64,000 bases of DNA from a virus. Location: the IMG/VR virus record IMGVR_UViG_3300045988_010396, positions 32,001 through 96,000 of that record; one strand, 5' to 3'. Positions 37,443 through 46,683 of the stretch are shown here, one piece after another (the stretch's first letter is position 1; the number at the start of each line of letters is the position of its first letter). The notes beneath the pieces are model-generated. The model was not told the DNA's origin and made no database searches. It saw only the letters and a program-made list of their open reading frames with translations. Both the position numbers and the translations under genes were made by a program.

Positions 37443-37943
37443 ATGGAATTTGTATTGAAAATAGTGTTTGTGTTGCTCCTAGCAGGCATTGCTGTCATAG
37501 TAGCACATTTCGTTGATTCTGCTAGGAAGAAAGTTTCTCACAGCAGTATGTCTTTCAGAGAGACTATGGACTTATGTGAGCTTCCTATAGTAACATTTAT
37601 GAATAATGGAAGGAAATTGAATTTTCTCTTGGACACTGGTGCAAGTAAATCTGTTATTCATAGTGGTGCTCTAGAAGGACTTACATATAAAAGTATCAAT
37701 AAATCTGGTGATGTATATGGTATGGATGGAAAAAGGAAGGATGCCTCTTTTATCAATATGTCTATAGGATATAGAGGTAAAGATTATAATGAGGAGTTCC
37801 AATCTATTGATATGAGTGTCCCATTCAGTAACCTAAAGGCCGACTTTGGTGTTAATCTGCATGGTATTCTATCTAGTACCTTCTTTCAGAAGTATAAGTA
37901 TGTACTGAACTTTGATGAACTGGTAGCCTATTCTATGGTATGA
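37443..37943 (+). CDS. membrane-anchored retropepsin-like aspartic protease
   Basis: N-terminal TM helix then LLDTGASKSVI (hydrophobic-hydrophobic-D-T/S-G-A). Confidence 0.5.
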   Translation: MEFVLKIVFVLLLAGIAVIVAHFVDSARKKVSHSSMSFRETMDLCELPIVTFMNNGRKLNFLLDTGASKSVIHSGALEGLTYKSINKSGDVYGMDGKRKDASFINMSIGYRGKDYNEEFQSIDMSVPFSNLKADFGVNLHGILSSTFFQKYKYVLNFDELVAYSMV

Positions 37944-38209
37944 AAGACTTGATTAAACTAAGGTCAAGAGACTGTGAGGAGAACTACTTGAAGGGGCTAA
38001 AGAAATCTGATGGCTCAGAGTCAAAGACTTATGTACTCAAAGTATCTACTCCATATCTTAGAAGTGGTGAAGTGGAAGGAGGCAGAAAGTTCATTGACCC
38101 CTCGGGAGGACCTATGATTGTAGTAGGTGGTTATCTTGAGGAGGCAGAAGCAGTAGTCAAATCAATAGACTTTACTGTAGGTTATGGTTACACTGTAACA
38201 TTTGAATAA
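37940..38209 (+). CDS. hypothetical protein
   Basis: 89-aa ORF. Confidence 0.35.
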   Translation: MKDLIKLRSRDCEENYLKGLKKSDGSESKTYVLKVSTPYLRSGEVEGGRKFIDPSGGPMIVVGGYLEEAEAVVKSIDFTVGYGYTVTFE

Positions 38210-40584
38210 TGGATGAGTGGTTTGAAGAAGGAAAGCATGAAGCTATCAAGTACTATGGCAAGCAGATATACTTTGTATCTGGAATCACAAACTTATTTAG
38301 TGATGCAGAGATAGGATGTCCTTATAAGAATATATCAGTAAGGGAGTCGTTAGAGCTTCTTAGCACATTAAAGGTTGTAGGGTTGGATAGTGAGACTAGA
38401 GGTACAGAGATATGGCAAGGTCAGTTGCTGCTGCTTCAATTAGGTAATAAGCACTTTGAGGTAGTCATTGACTGTACTACTGTAGATGTCAAACTATACA
38501 AGGAGTTCCTTGAGAGTGACAGGCTTTTCATAATTCATAATGCCAAGTTTGACCTAAGATGGTTGTATAAGGAAGGTATTGTAATCAGAAATGTATATGA
38601 TACCTTCCTTGCAGAGAAGATATTGTTCCTGGGATTTCCACCAGGAATAGTATCACTTAGCTTGCAAGCTTGTTGTGACAGGTATCTAAATGTCTATCTT
38701 GACAAGACAGTTAGGGGTAAGATTAACTATGGTATCACTGATGAGGTAATAATCTATTCAGCCAATGATGTTGTGTTCCTTGAGGATGTCATGGAAGCAC
38801 AGTTAAAGCAGATAGAGGCTAGGGGTCAGAGAGTTGCCTTGGAGATAGAAAATAGGTTTGTGAAGGTATTGGCTTATATTGAGTTCTGTGGTATAAGGCT
38901 TGACATTGAAAGATGGAAAGCCAAGATGGTTAAGGATGCTGAAAGGCTGAGAGAAGCAGAGCAGAAACTCAATGACTGGGTTGTAGAGTATGTGATGTCT
39001 AAAGGTGACAGAGATGCTATAGCCTATGATGTTCAGACTAAGAGAGGAAGAGTAAAGAGGGCTGAGGGTACTGTAGGCAAGTATGTTGCTATAGACCCAC
39101 AGCAGAGTCTCTTTGAGGAAAACAAGCCAAGATGTATCATTAACTGGAACAGCAACAAGCAGGTTATACCATTGTTTGAGGAGTTAGGGTTCAATGTATG
39201 GACTAAAGACAAGAAGACTGGAAAGATGAAGAAGTCAGTGGACTCAAAGCTGCTTAAACAACAGTTGGATAAGAGTCCTCTGGCTAAGTTATATCTTGAT
39301 TACTCTAGTGAGTTTAAGGTAGTTACTTCATTTGGTCAGAACTTCTTGGATGCAGTCAATCCTGTTACTGGGAGAATACACCCTACATTCAATCAGATGA
39401 TGGACACTGGCAGATTGAGTTGTGGTAAAGGAGGGAAGAAAGGTGGAGGTAAAACTAAGGATGATGACTTTGCTGAGGAAGAGCAGACTGAACAGGATGC
39501 TGATGTTATTATAGCAGTAGATAAGAGTGTGAATATTCAGCAGCTACCTTCTGATGCAGAGACTAGAGCTTGCTTCATACCTGATAAAGACCATATGTTG
39601 GTTGATTGTGATTATGGAGACCAAGAAGGTCATGTTTTTACTGAGCTAAGCCAGGATAAAGCATGGATTGATTTCTATAATGACCCTAATGAGAGAGATG
39701 GTCACTCCTTTGTAGCTAAGATGATATTCTCTGATGAGCTAAAAGATATATCAGAGAAGGAAGTAAAGAAGAAGAGGAAAGACTTGAGGGATGCTGCCAA
39801 GCCAGCTAGGTTCACATTTAATTATAATGGGACAGCCAATGCTTTAGCAGCTAACACAGGTAAGTCTCTTGAGTTCTGTGAATTATGTTTTAAGAAGTAT
39901 TTCTCGGCATTCAAAGGCATAGCCAGCTACTTTAGAGTGAGTAAGGCTAATATGTGGAAAAGAGGTTACATCCTAATCTCAAAGTACACGGGATTGAGAG
40001 CTTACATCTATGACTATCCTATACTGAAAGGCATAGAGAGAAGAATCAATGGAATGGGTCAGGAGTTCTGGGATTCCTACAGGAAAGCCAAAGACTCTGG
40101 TCAGGTCATTGATGATGTCCCTGCTGCGGTTCTTCAACAGATGGCAAGGAAGTTTGCCAATGGAGAGCCTATGGAGGCTATTGCTATAAGATATGAGTAT
40201 AAAGTCAAGAAGGGTAAGAAAATTGAGACAAAATATATAGACATTAACAGGGAGACTGTATTGATTAAGCTCTGGAAGCATCTGGCAAAGAGAAGGTCAT
40301 CATCTGAGAATCAGTCCTGTAATTATCCAAGTCAGGGTACAGCAGCAGCTATGACTAAGATTGCTGGTATAATGTACTTTGATTACTTGGTAGAGTCAGG
40401 ATTGATATTCAAAGTATTGATGCCTAATGATGTTCATGATGAGTATCTGATAGAGCCACCCACTGATATAGCTGAACAGGAAGCTAAGAAACTCAGTGAA
40501 TGTATGGAAGCATCAGCAGCTATGTTCTGTCAGTCAGTCAAGATTAAGGCAGTTCCCGAAATTGCAACTCATTGGGTTCATTAA
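38209..40584 (+). CDS. DNA polymerase, family A (with 3'-5' exonuclease domain)
   Basis: Exo motifs (LDSETRG, HNAKFDLRWL); pol motif A DCDYGDQEGHVFTELS, motif B RDAAKPARFTFNYNG, motif C VHDEYL. Confidence 0.9.
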   Translation: MDEWFEEGKHEAIKYYGKQIYFVSGITNLFSDAEIGCPYKNISVRESLELLSTLKVVGLDSETRGTEIWQGQLLLLQLGNKHFEVVIDCTTVDVKLYKEFLESDRLFIIHNAKFDLRWLYKEGIVIRNVYDTFLAEKILFLGFPPGIVSLSLQACCDRYLNVYLDKTVRGKINYGITDEVIIYSANDVVFLEDVMEAQLKQIEARGQRVALEIENRFVKVLAYIEFCGIRLDIERWKAKMVKDAERLREAEQKLNDWVVEYVMSKGDRDAIAYDVQTKRGRVKRAEGTVGKYVAIDPQQSLFEENKPRCIINWNSNKQVIPLFEELGFNVWTKDKKTGKMKKSVDSKLLKQQLDKSPLAKLYLDYSSEFKVVTSFGQNFLDAVNPVTGRIHPTFNQMMDTGRLSCGKGGKKGGGKTKDDDFAEEEQTEQDADVIIAVDKSVNIQQLPSDAETRACFIPDKDHMLVDCDYGDQEGHVFTELSQDKAWIDFYNDPNERDGHSFVAKMIFSDELKDISEKEVKKKRKDLRDAAKPARFTFNYNGTANALAANTGKSLEFCELCFKKYFSAFKGIASYFRVSKANMWKRGYILISKYTGLRAYIYDYPILKGIERRINGMGQEFWDSYRKAKDSGQVIDDVPAAVLQQMARKFANGEPMEAIAIRYEYKVKKGKKIETKYIDINRETVLIKLWKHLAKRRSSSENQSCNYPSQGTAAAMTKIAGIMYFDYLVESGLIFKVLMPNDVHDEYLIEPPTDIAEQEAKKLSECMEASAAMFCQSVKIKAVPEIATHWVH

Positions 40585-40587
40585 GGT

Positions 40588-40911
40588 ATGGAAGCTTGGA
40601 GAATAGCTATCCCCATAGTAGTGCTTATACTAGCCACTATAGGTGCATGGTACACAGTAATACTAAGACGGAAAGAGATAAGAAGCATGATGTATGTAAA
40701 TCCTAAGAATGACTGTCGATACTTACCACTCTATAGGTGCAGGATGAAATGTCCTGCATCTGATGAGTGGTTTGATGCGCTAATCTATCAGGATTGTAAT
40801 ACTAAGCAATTGTATATCATGGATATGAAAGACTTCCATGACAAGTTTATTAAACTAATAGAGTATAATAATGGAAACAACAGTAAACAAGGAGTATCAG
40901 AAACTGATTGA
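40588..40911 (+). CDS. small membrane protein
   Basis: N-terminal TM helix. Confidence 0.35.
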   Translation: MEAWRIAIPIVVLILATIGAWYTVILRRKEIRSMMYVNPKNDCRYLPLYRCRMKCPASDEWFDALIYQDCNTKQLYIMDMKDFHDKFIKLIEYNNGNNSKQGVSETD

Positions 40912-41296
40912 TACTATCAAGTCAGTAAGGGATATGGCTAGTCTTAGCCCTGAAATGTGTGCTAGACTCAAGACAGTAGAACAGGGCCTTATAAACTTAG
41001 GCTCAAGTCCAGTACTATCTGATAAAGTACAGCCCTTTATGGACATAACCATTAATATGGCTAAGACTTATGCAGCTAAGAACCATGACTATGGTAACTC
41101 ATTTGAGCAGTCCTGTGATAAGTTTGGTATTATAGCATCGGTAGTAAGACTAGGAGACAAGATGAATAGAATTGAGTCTTTGACTACCAAAGAAGCTGAG
41201 ATAAAAGAGGAGTCTATTAAAGATACTCTTCTGGACCTTGCTAATTATGCTATTATGACTGTAATGTGGTTAAATCAGCAACCTAAAGAGGAATAA
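40871..41296 (+). CDS. MazG-like / all-alpha NTP pyrophosphohydrolase-fold protein (tentative)
   Basis: NHDYGNSF...RLGDKMNRIESL resembles phage MazG/DUF1599-type proteins. Confidence 0.3.
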   Translation: METTVNKEYQKLIDTIKSVRDMASLSPEMCARLKTVEQGLINLGSSPVLSDKVQPFMDITINMAKTYAAKNHDYGNSFEQSCDKFGIIASVVRLGDKMNRIESLTTKEAEIKEESIKDTLLDLANYAIMTVMWLNQQPKEE

Positions 41297-41298
41297 AC

Positions 41299-41727
41299 AT
41301 GGTAATAGCAGTGGACTTTGATGGAACTTGTGTTACACATGAGTTCCCTAAAGTAGGTAAAGATATAGGAGCAGTTCCTGTCTTGAAGAAGTTAGTAGAG
41401 AAAGGGCATAAGATTATTCTTTACACTATGAGAAGTCATCCTGATAAAAATAATCAAGGCAAAACTCTTAGTGGAGAGACTATATCTAATGATACTTTAC
41501 AAGATGCAATTGATTGGTTCAAAGAGAATGGGATACCTTTATGGGGAATAAATGAGAACCCCAAACAAAAGGAATGGACATCATCTCCTAAAATATATGC
41601 ACATCTTTACATAGATGATGCAGCTTTAGGAGTACCACTTAAATTTGATAGAAATATAAGTGACAGAGCCTTTGTAGATTGGGAAGAAGTAGAGCAGTTT
41701 TTAATTACAAATGGTGTTATATGGTAG
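41299..41727 (+). CDS. HAD-superfamily phosphatase
   Basis: N-terminal VDFDGT (DxDGT) motif. Confidence 0.6.
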   Translation: MVIAVDFDGTCVTHEFPKVGKDIGAVPVLKKLVEKGHKIILYTMRSHPDKNNQGKTLSGETISNDTLQDAIDWFKENGIPLWGINENPKQKEWTSSPKIYAHLYIDDAALGVPLKFDRNISDRAFVDWEEVEQFLITNGVIW

Positions 41728-41981
41728 ATAATAAATGTGGAACAGCAACTGAAGAATTGAAGCTCTGGATTATTGAGTTTGATATTATTGTTTCTAATAA
41801 TAAAGGATGTGCTGTAGTAAAAGCTAATAATCCTCATCAAGCGGAAATTCTGTTGAGAACAGAAGGTATAAGTAATGGTAATCCTGGGAAGTATTGTATT
41901 ACACGTATTGCAGAGATTATACCTTCTCCAGAAGCTATGCTAATATGTGAACAATGGGCACATCCTGTGGATGATTATTGA
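41679..41981 (+). CDS. hypothetical protein (possible partner of the HicA-like gene)
   Basis: 100-aa ORF ending 4 nt before the HicA-like gene. Confidence 0.3.
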   Translation: MGRSRAVFNYKWCYMVDNKCGTATEELKLWIIEFDIIVSNNKGCAVVKANNPHQAEILLRTEGISNGNPGKYCITRIAEIIPSPEAMLICEQWAHPVDDY

Positions 41982-41984
41982 TTT

Positions 41985-42191
41985 ATGAGGCAATATACAC
42001 AGAGAGAGTTTATCCAGATATGTGTAGCCAATGGTTTCTATTATAGCAGACATAATGGAGGCCATGCTATCTATGTCAATGATAAGGGAGGACACATAAG
42101 CATCCCACTAAACCTTGAGTGTGTTATTGCTAGGAGGCTCATTAAAGAGAACAATCTTGAAGTTGATATTAAGAAACTGAAAAAGGAGTAA
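41985..42191 (+). CDS. HicA-like (YcfA family) mRNA-interferase toxin homolog
   Basis: 68 aa; ...GFYYSRHNGGHAIYVN..GGHISIPLN pattern of HicA (G..RxxGSH......G...TIP.H). Confidence 0.5.
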   Translation: MRQYTQREFIQICVANGFYYSRHNGGHAIYVNDKGGHISIPLNLECVIARRLIKENNLEVDIKKLKKE

Positions 42192-42195
42192 GAAG

Positions 42196-42537
42196 ATGGA
42201 CAATTATCCAATGGGAGCTAATACTCCTAATGCACCCTGGAATCAGGTTGACAGTCCTGAAAGGGAAATTGAGGTCACAGTGAGTGTTACCCTTAGTAAA
42301 ACTGTAAGGATTAGTGTATCTGACTATGAGATTACTGACTCTGGAAAGGATGAAGATGGTGAATACTTTGAGAATATAGACTACTCAAACTGTGACCTTA
42401 AAGGTGCAGTTGAAGAGCAGATTGTATTGCCTCAGGAGGCTTGGGATTATATAGCCCCTAAATCAAGGAGGGAGGTCAATGCCATCTTTGACTTAAAGGG
42501 CTGGAATGTTGATGACTTTGAAGTTGTAAAGGAATGA
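42196..42537 (+). CDS. acidic hypothetical protein
   Basis: 113-aa ORF. Confidence 0.35.
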   Translation: MDNYPMGANTPNAPWNQVDSPEREIEVTVSVTLSKTVRISVSDYEITDSGKDEDGEYFENIDYSNCDLKGAVEEQIVLPQEAWDYIAPKSRREVNAIFDLKGWNVDDFEVVKE

Positions 42538-43334
42538 TAGATAACTTTGAATTAACCAAGAGTCTCTTCTATTTCAATGAAGCAAATGATATGTTCTTCC
42601 ACTTACAGATTGTTCAAAGAGCCAAAGACCATAAGGGCGAGAACAAGAAGGTAAAGGAAGGTGCAATTAAAACTTACTTCATTAAAAGTAGAGAACACCT
42701 TGATAGGGTAAAAGAGGAAGTCATATTCCTCTGTGAACACTATAGTGCAAGAGCCTACATCAATGTGTCTGGGAAGGACTTCTCAGCTTTACAGAACCTG
42801 ATGCTTGCTAAGTTGGCAGAGTATAATCTGAATGGTACTGTCAGAGACCCTAGGAGAATACTTAATAGCGCAGCAGGTGAGTTAAAGTCAAGAAGTCCTA
42901 AATGGGTAGTTGATGTAGATGATGTATCTATGCTTGATAACATAAGAAAGAAGGTGTGTGAACTCTATTATAAGGCACATGGGGAGAAAGGGCAAGCTAT
43001 ACCCATCGAGGATATTACAGATAGGATGATACCTGCTATAGTGGCAGAATTCCCTACCAAGAGTGGTGTTCATCTTATAGCCAGACCTTTCAACTTAAAG
43101 GAGTTCCATGATATATTCCCAAATGTAGATGTTCATAAGAACTCTATGGGTACTGTATTGTATATTCCTGATAGCCTAAAGCATAGGTATGTATGTAGTG
43201 AGTGTGGCAGTCCCAATGTTCAGGTACCAGCATGGGTCAATGCTAATACCAATGAGTATATAGATGACATAACTGATGATACTGAATGTTGGTGTGAGGA
43301 TTGTAGGAAACATACTAAACTTAAGGAAGTATGA
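42534..43334 (+). CDS. hypothetical protein with C-terminal zinc ribbon
   Basis: CSECGS...CWCEDC. Confidence 0.4.
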   Translation: MIDNFELTKSLFYFNEANDMFFHLQIVQRAKDHKGENKKVKEGAIKTYFIKSREHLDRVKEEVIFLCEHYSARAYINVSGKDFSALQNLMLAKLAEYNLNGTVRDPRRILNSAAGELKSRSPKWVVDVDDVSMLDNIRKKVCELYYKAHGEKGQAIPIEDITDRMIPAIVAEFPTKSGVHLIARPFNLKEFHDIFPNVDVHKNSMGTVLYIPDSLKHRYVCSECGSPNVQVPAWVNANTNEYIDDITDDTECWCEDCRKHTKLKEV

Positions 43335-43537
43335 GATGCGCAGTGATTGATGAGTTTGTAGTAATTTGAATTTATATTATATGACATTTATAATTCACCA
43401 TAAAGATGGTCATAGAGAGACTTATAGTAATACTTATGATGAAGATGATGAGTATGAAAGAGATGCTGCATGGGATGATGTAAGAATGACATTTCCTGAT
43501 GCTGATTATATAGAAGCTTTCTAGTATATTTATAAAT

Positions 43538-43720
43538 ATGAGTGGTATTAGAGTAAGTATTAAGACAAAAGCTAAAGAGACTCTGAAATTATCAAATCAT
43601 CTAAGAACATATCTTTTTCAAGAGGAGTATGATGAATTAAGTAATTGTACTCCTTCTGAAAAGAAAGTACTTAAAGATGCTTTGTCAGTTCTAAATTCCA
43701 TAATAGTTAAAAGTAAATGA
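43538..43720 (+). CDS. hypothetical small protein
   Basis: 60-aa ORF. Confidence 0.3.
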   Translation: MSGIRVSIKTKAKETLKLSNHLRTYLFQEEYDELSNCTPSEKKVLKDALSVLNSIIVKSK

Positions 43721-43721
43721 T

Positions 43722-44141
43722 ATGCCAAAGATAATTTTATGTAGAGGTATTCAAGGTAGTGGTAAGACTACATGGGCTAAACAATGGGTACTTGAAGACC
43801 CAGAACATAGAGTAAGATTTAACAATGATGATATCAGAAATATGTTAGGTAAGTATTGGGTACCTAGTAGAGAGCCTATAGTTACAATTATGAAAAACAG
43901 CTTTATACAAGGGGCTGCTATTTTCCATCATGACGTTGTAATAGACAATATGAATCTTAATAGTACAGAAGTTGAGTACTGGAAAAGGACAGCCAAGGTG
44001 TTTAATTATGACCTTGAAATCAAGAATTTCTTTACTCCTCTTCAAGAGTGTATAGATAGAGATTCTAAGAGACCTAATCCTATAGGGGAAAAGGTTATAA
44101 GAAATACGTATGAAAGGTATAAAGATATTCTTGAAGCATAA
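43722..44141 (+). CDS. polynucleotide 5'-kinase (T4 Pnk kinase-domain-like P-loop kinase)
   Basis: KIILCRGIQGSGKTTWAKQW...NNDDIR...DRDSKRPNPIGEKVIRNTYERY parallels T4 Pnk KIILTIGCPGSGKSTWA...NRDDYR...KRNSKRGTKAVP..VLRSMY. Confidence 0.6.
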   Translation: MPKIILCRGIQGSGKTTWAKQWVLEDPEHRVRFNNDDIRNMLGKYWVPSREPIVTIMKNSFIQGAAIFHHDVVIDNMNLNSTEVEYWKRTAKVFNYDLEIKNFFTPLQECIDRDSKRPNPIGEKVIRNTYERYKDILEA

Positions 44142-44147
44142 TATAAT

Positions 44148-44405
44148 ATGAAAATATTAAAATTTTACTCTCCTTGTTGTGGACAATGTAAGGTTGTAGC
44201 AAAGGAGTTTAAGAACCATCCTATTGATGCTCCTATTGAGGACATTAATGTGATGGAGAATCCTGAAGTAGCTGACAAGTATAATGTTAAAGGTCTTCCT
44301 ACTATTCTACTTCTTAATGATAAAGAGGAAGTAGTAGAGACTTGGCGTGGCATTGTAAAGTCAGAGGTTATTAACAGTATGATTAAGGAATATGAAGCTA
44401 ATTAA
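44148..44405 (+). CDS. thioredoxin/glutaredoxin-like redox protein
   Basis: YSPCCGQCK (CxxC) in an 85-aa Trx-fold-sized protein. Confidence 0.6.
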   Translation: MKILKFYSPCCGQCKVVAKEFKNHPIDAPIEDINVMENPEVADKYNVKGLPTILLLNDKEEVVETWRGIVKSEVINSMIKEYEAN

Positions 44406-45321
44406 GCCAAGTTTTGAAATATGGGAACAGCCTGCTGGTCTTGAAGGAGTTTATAAACAGATTGAGAGAGTAGGTAGAGTATGTTATAAGTCTGAGGATA
44501 AGATAACAGAAGATTCTGCCAAGCCATTTGTAGATAGGATGATTAAGTCTGGTCATGGTGCTATGTTGGAGCATGGCACAGTGTATTTATATATCAGAAG
44601 GAAGGGTAATGAATCCTTAGAGGCGGATAGGTATCTTATGAATCCTTATTCAAAAGTGGTATTTAGCCAATCTCCTAATTCAAGGGATATGGAAATCTAT
44701 ATTACTACTAATCTCAGAGTGTTAGTAGAGAATGGTTGGCTTGATGACTTAAAGTACATCTGTGAACCTACAGAGTACCATGAGAGAAGAGTTACTGTAC
44801 ACTTTGTATGTGATAGAGGTGTATCACATGAGTTTGTAAGGCATAGAGTAATGTCTTTTGCTCAGGAAAGTACAAGGTATTGTAACTATTCTAAGGATAA
44901 GTTTGGCAGTGAGCTTACCTTTATTATTCCTTGTTGGATGGACATGCACGATACTGATGAAGGAAGAGAGGTAACTCGTAATTGGAATTTTGATATTTTA
45001 GATGGATGTTCTATTATAGCAGAAGAAGGTGAGTTTGATGATGCTAGAGATGCTTTTCTAACCTCTCTTAATGTGGCAGAGCATTGCTACCTAGAATTAT
45101 TACAAAAAGGCTGGACTACTCAACAAGCAAGAGCTGTTTTACCAAACTCCTTAAAGACAGAATTGGTAGTCACAGGATTTATTAAAGACTGGAAACACTT
45201 CTTTTCATTGAGAAGTGGGATTGCTAAAACAGGTAAACCACACCCACAGGCTCAAGAGTTAGCTGAGCCTCTCATGGATGAATTTGTCAAGAGAGGTATA
45301 ATGGAAACACTTATTAAATGA
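44392..45321 (+). CDS. thyX: flavin-dependent thymidylate synthase ThyX
   Basis: ThyX signature RHRVMSFAQES (RHR-x7-S). Confidence 0.85.
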   Translation: MKLIKPSFEIWEQPAGLEGVYKQIERVGRVCYKSEDKITEDSAKPFVDRMIKSGHGAMLEHGTVYLYIRRKGNESLEADRYLMNPYSKVVFSQSPNSRDMEIYITTNLRVLVENGWLDDLKYICEPTEYHERRVTVHFVCDRGVSHEFVRHRVMSFAQESTRYCNYSKDKFGSELTFIIPCWMDMHDTDEGREVTRNWNFDILDGCSIIAEEGEFDDARDAFLTSLNVAEHCYLELLQKGWTTQQARAVLPNSLKTELVVTGFIKDWKHFFSLRSGIAKTGKPHPQAQELAEPLMDEFVKRGIMETLIK

Positions 45322-45347
45322 GTTTATAACTAATAAATATTTTTAAT

Positions 45348-45968
45348 ATGAGAACGGGTATTAAAGTAGGAGATGTGCTTAGTGAGGCCAGTCATTATAT
45401 AGTGACTGGTCTTAATTTTGGTAGTAGTATCAGATGCAAGCACTTTGAGAGTGGTGAGGAAGTCAATATAGGCAAGTCCTATATAGACAACTACATTAAG
45501 TCTGGAGATAACTATGACCAAGAGGTTAAGGTAACTAAGGAAGACAAGAAGGATGGTACTCTTGGTATTAGAAGTATCTGGGAGAACATCCACTCTGGCC
45601 AGGTATTCACTGTGTGCTTTAAGAAGCAGGATAAACCTAAGAGTAAGAGAAAGTTACAGGAAGATATTGATGCTATTGTAGAGCAGTTCTCAAATAGTAT
45701 TGATGCAGTTAAGAACAGTAAGAAAGGTGTTGCAAATGCAGCAAAGAATCTTGTTACTGAGCTGGTCAATAACCCTGTACTTCCTTATGAAGAAGGAGAT
45801 GAGAGAGTACTTAGAGGCTACAAGATTCAGTTTGAATCAAGAGATGGCAGGTATGATTGTGTGGATATGGATATTATCAAGACTGACAAAGAGTCAGGTA
45901 TTAGACCAGTCAATATTCTGACCATTAAGTGGCTCATTTATAATGGTGTTAAATACATAGTGGAATGA
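45348..45968 (+). CDS. hypothetical protein
   Basis: 206-aa ORF. Confidence 0.4.
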   Translation: MRTGIKVGDVLSEASHYIVTGLNFGSSIRCKHFESGEEVNIGKSYIDNYIKSGDNYDQEVKVTKEDKKDGTLGIRSIWENIHSGQVFTVCFKKQDKPKSKRKLQEDIDAIVEQFSNSIDAVKNSKKGVANAAKNLVTELVNNPVLPYEEGDERVLRGYKIQFESRDGRYDCVDMDIIKTDKESGIRPVNILTIKWLIYNGVKYIVE

Positions 45969-46543
45969 ATGCGTCAGTAACTAAAGAAGACTTGATTGGT
46001 CAGATTACCAACTTCCCACTATGGATAGTGAAAGCTATGGTGTCAAACCAAGTGAGGCAAGGTAATCCAGCCAATGTCAAGGTATTCCAAGAGAAGGTAG
46101 ATGCCTCCTTTGTTGAAGGTGGATTCAGTTGGAATAAGTCAGCAGAAGGTCAGTTCTTCTGGAGTAAGGTAATCAATGGTAAACAATTTCCTAAAGAGAT
46201 TACTCCTCTTGATAAATCCATTGAGCCTGCTGATGAGAGTCCAAAAGAGGCTGTTGTTGAAGCAGTTAAGAAGATACCTGCTTATAAGGTGGGTGATATA
46301 GTTAAGGTAAAGAATGGTAAGAATATTATCACTAGGATAGTTATTGGGTATTTCCCAGAGCTGCCTAATCCTTATATAACTATGACTGTGGATGGCTTTA
46401 ACATTTTTAAGGAAGGTAAAGCTACTGAGTGTAATCTTAGAATAGTAGCACTTAAAGAGCCAGAGTATGTATACCTGACTCTTAAAGACATATCTGAGGG
46501 TAAAGGTGTGGGTGTAGACCCTGACCTTATCAGAATAGTATAA
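45965..46543 (+). CDS. hypothetical protein
   Basis: 192-aa ORF, start overlaps the previous stop. Confidence 0.4.
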   Translation: MNASVTKEDLIGQITNFPLWIVKAMVSNQVRQGNPANVKVFQEKVDASFVEGGFSWNKSAEGQFFWSKVINGKQFPKEITPLDKSIEPADESPKEAVVEAVKKIPAYKVGDIVKVKNGKNIITRIVIGYFPELPNPYITMTVDGFNIFKEGKATECNLRIVALKEPEYVYLTLKDISEGKGVGVDPDLIRIV

Positions 46544-46683
46544 TAGAGCAAGGGTGGGGTGTAGTAATACATCCTACCTTATTGTTATATTATTAAAGGT
46601 GTTAGAGGTGAAGTAAAAACATCCTTAATACCTTGCACAACTACAATTAAATTACTACTTTTGCACAAACTAATTAAAGAAAT

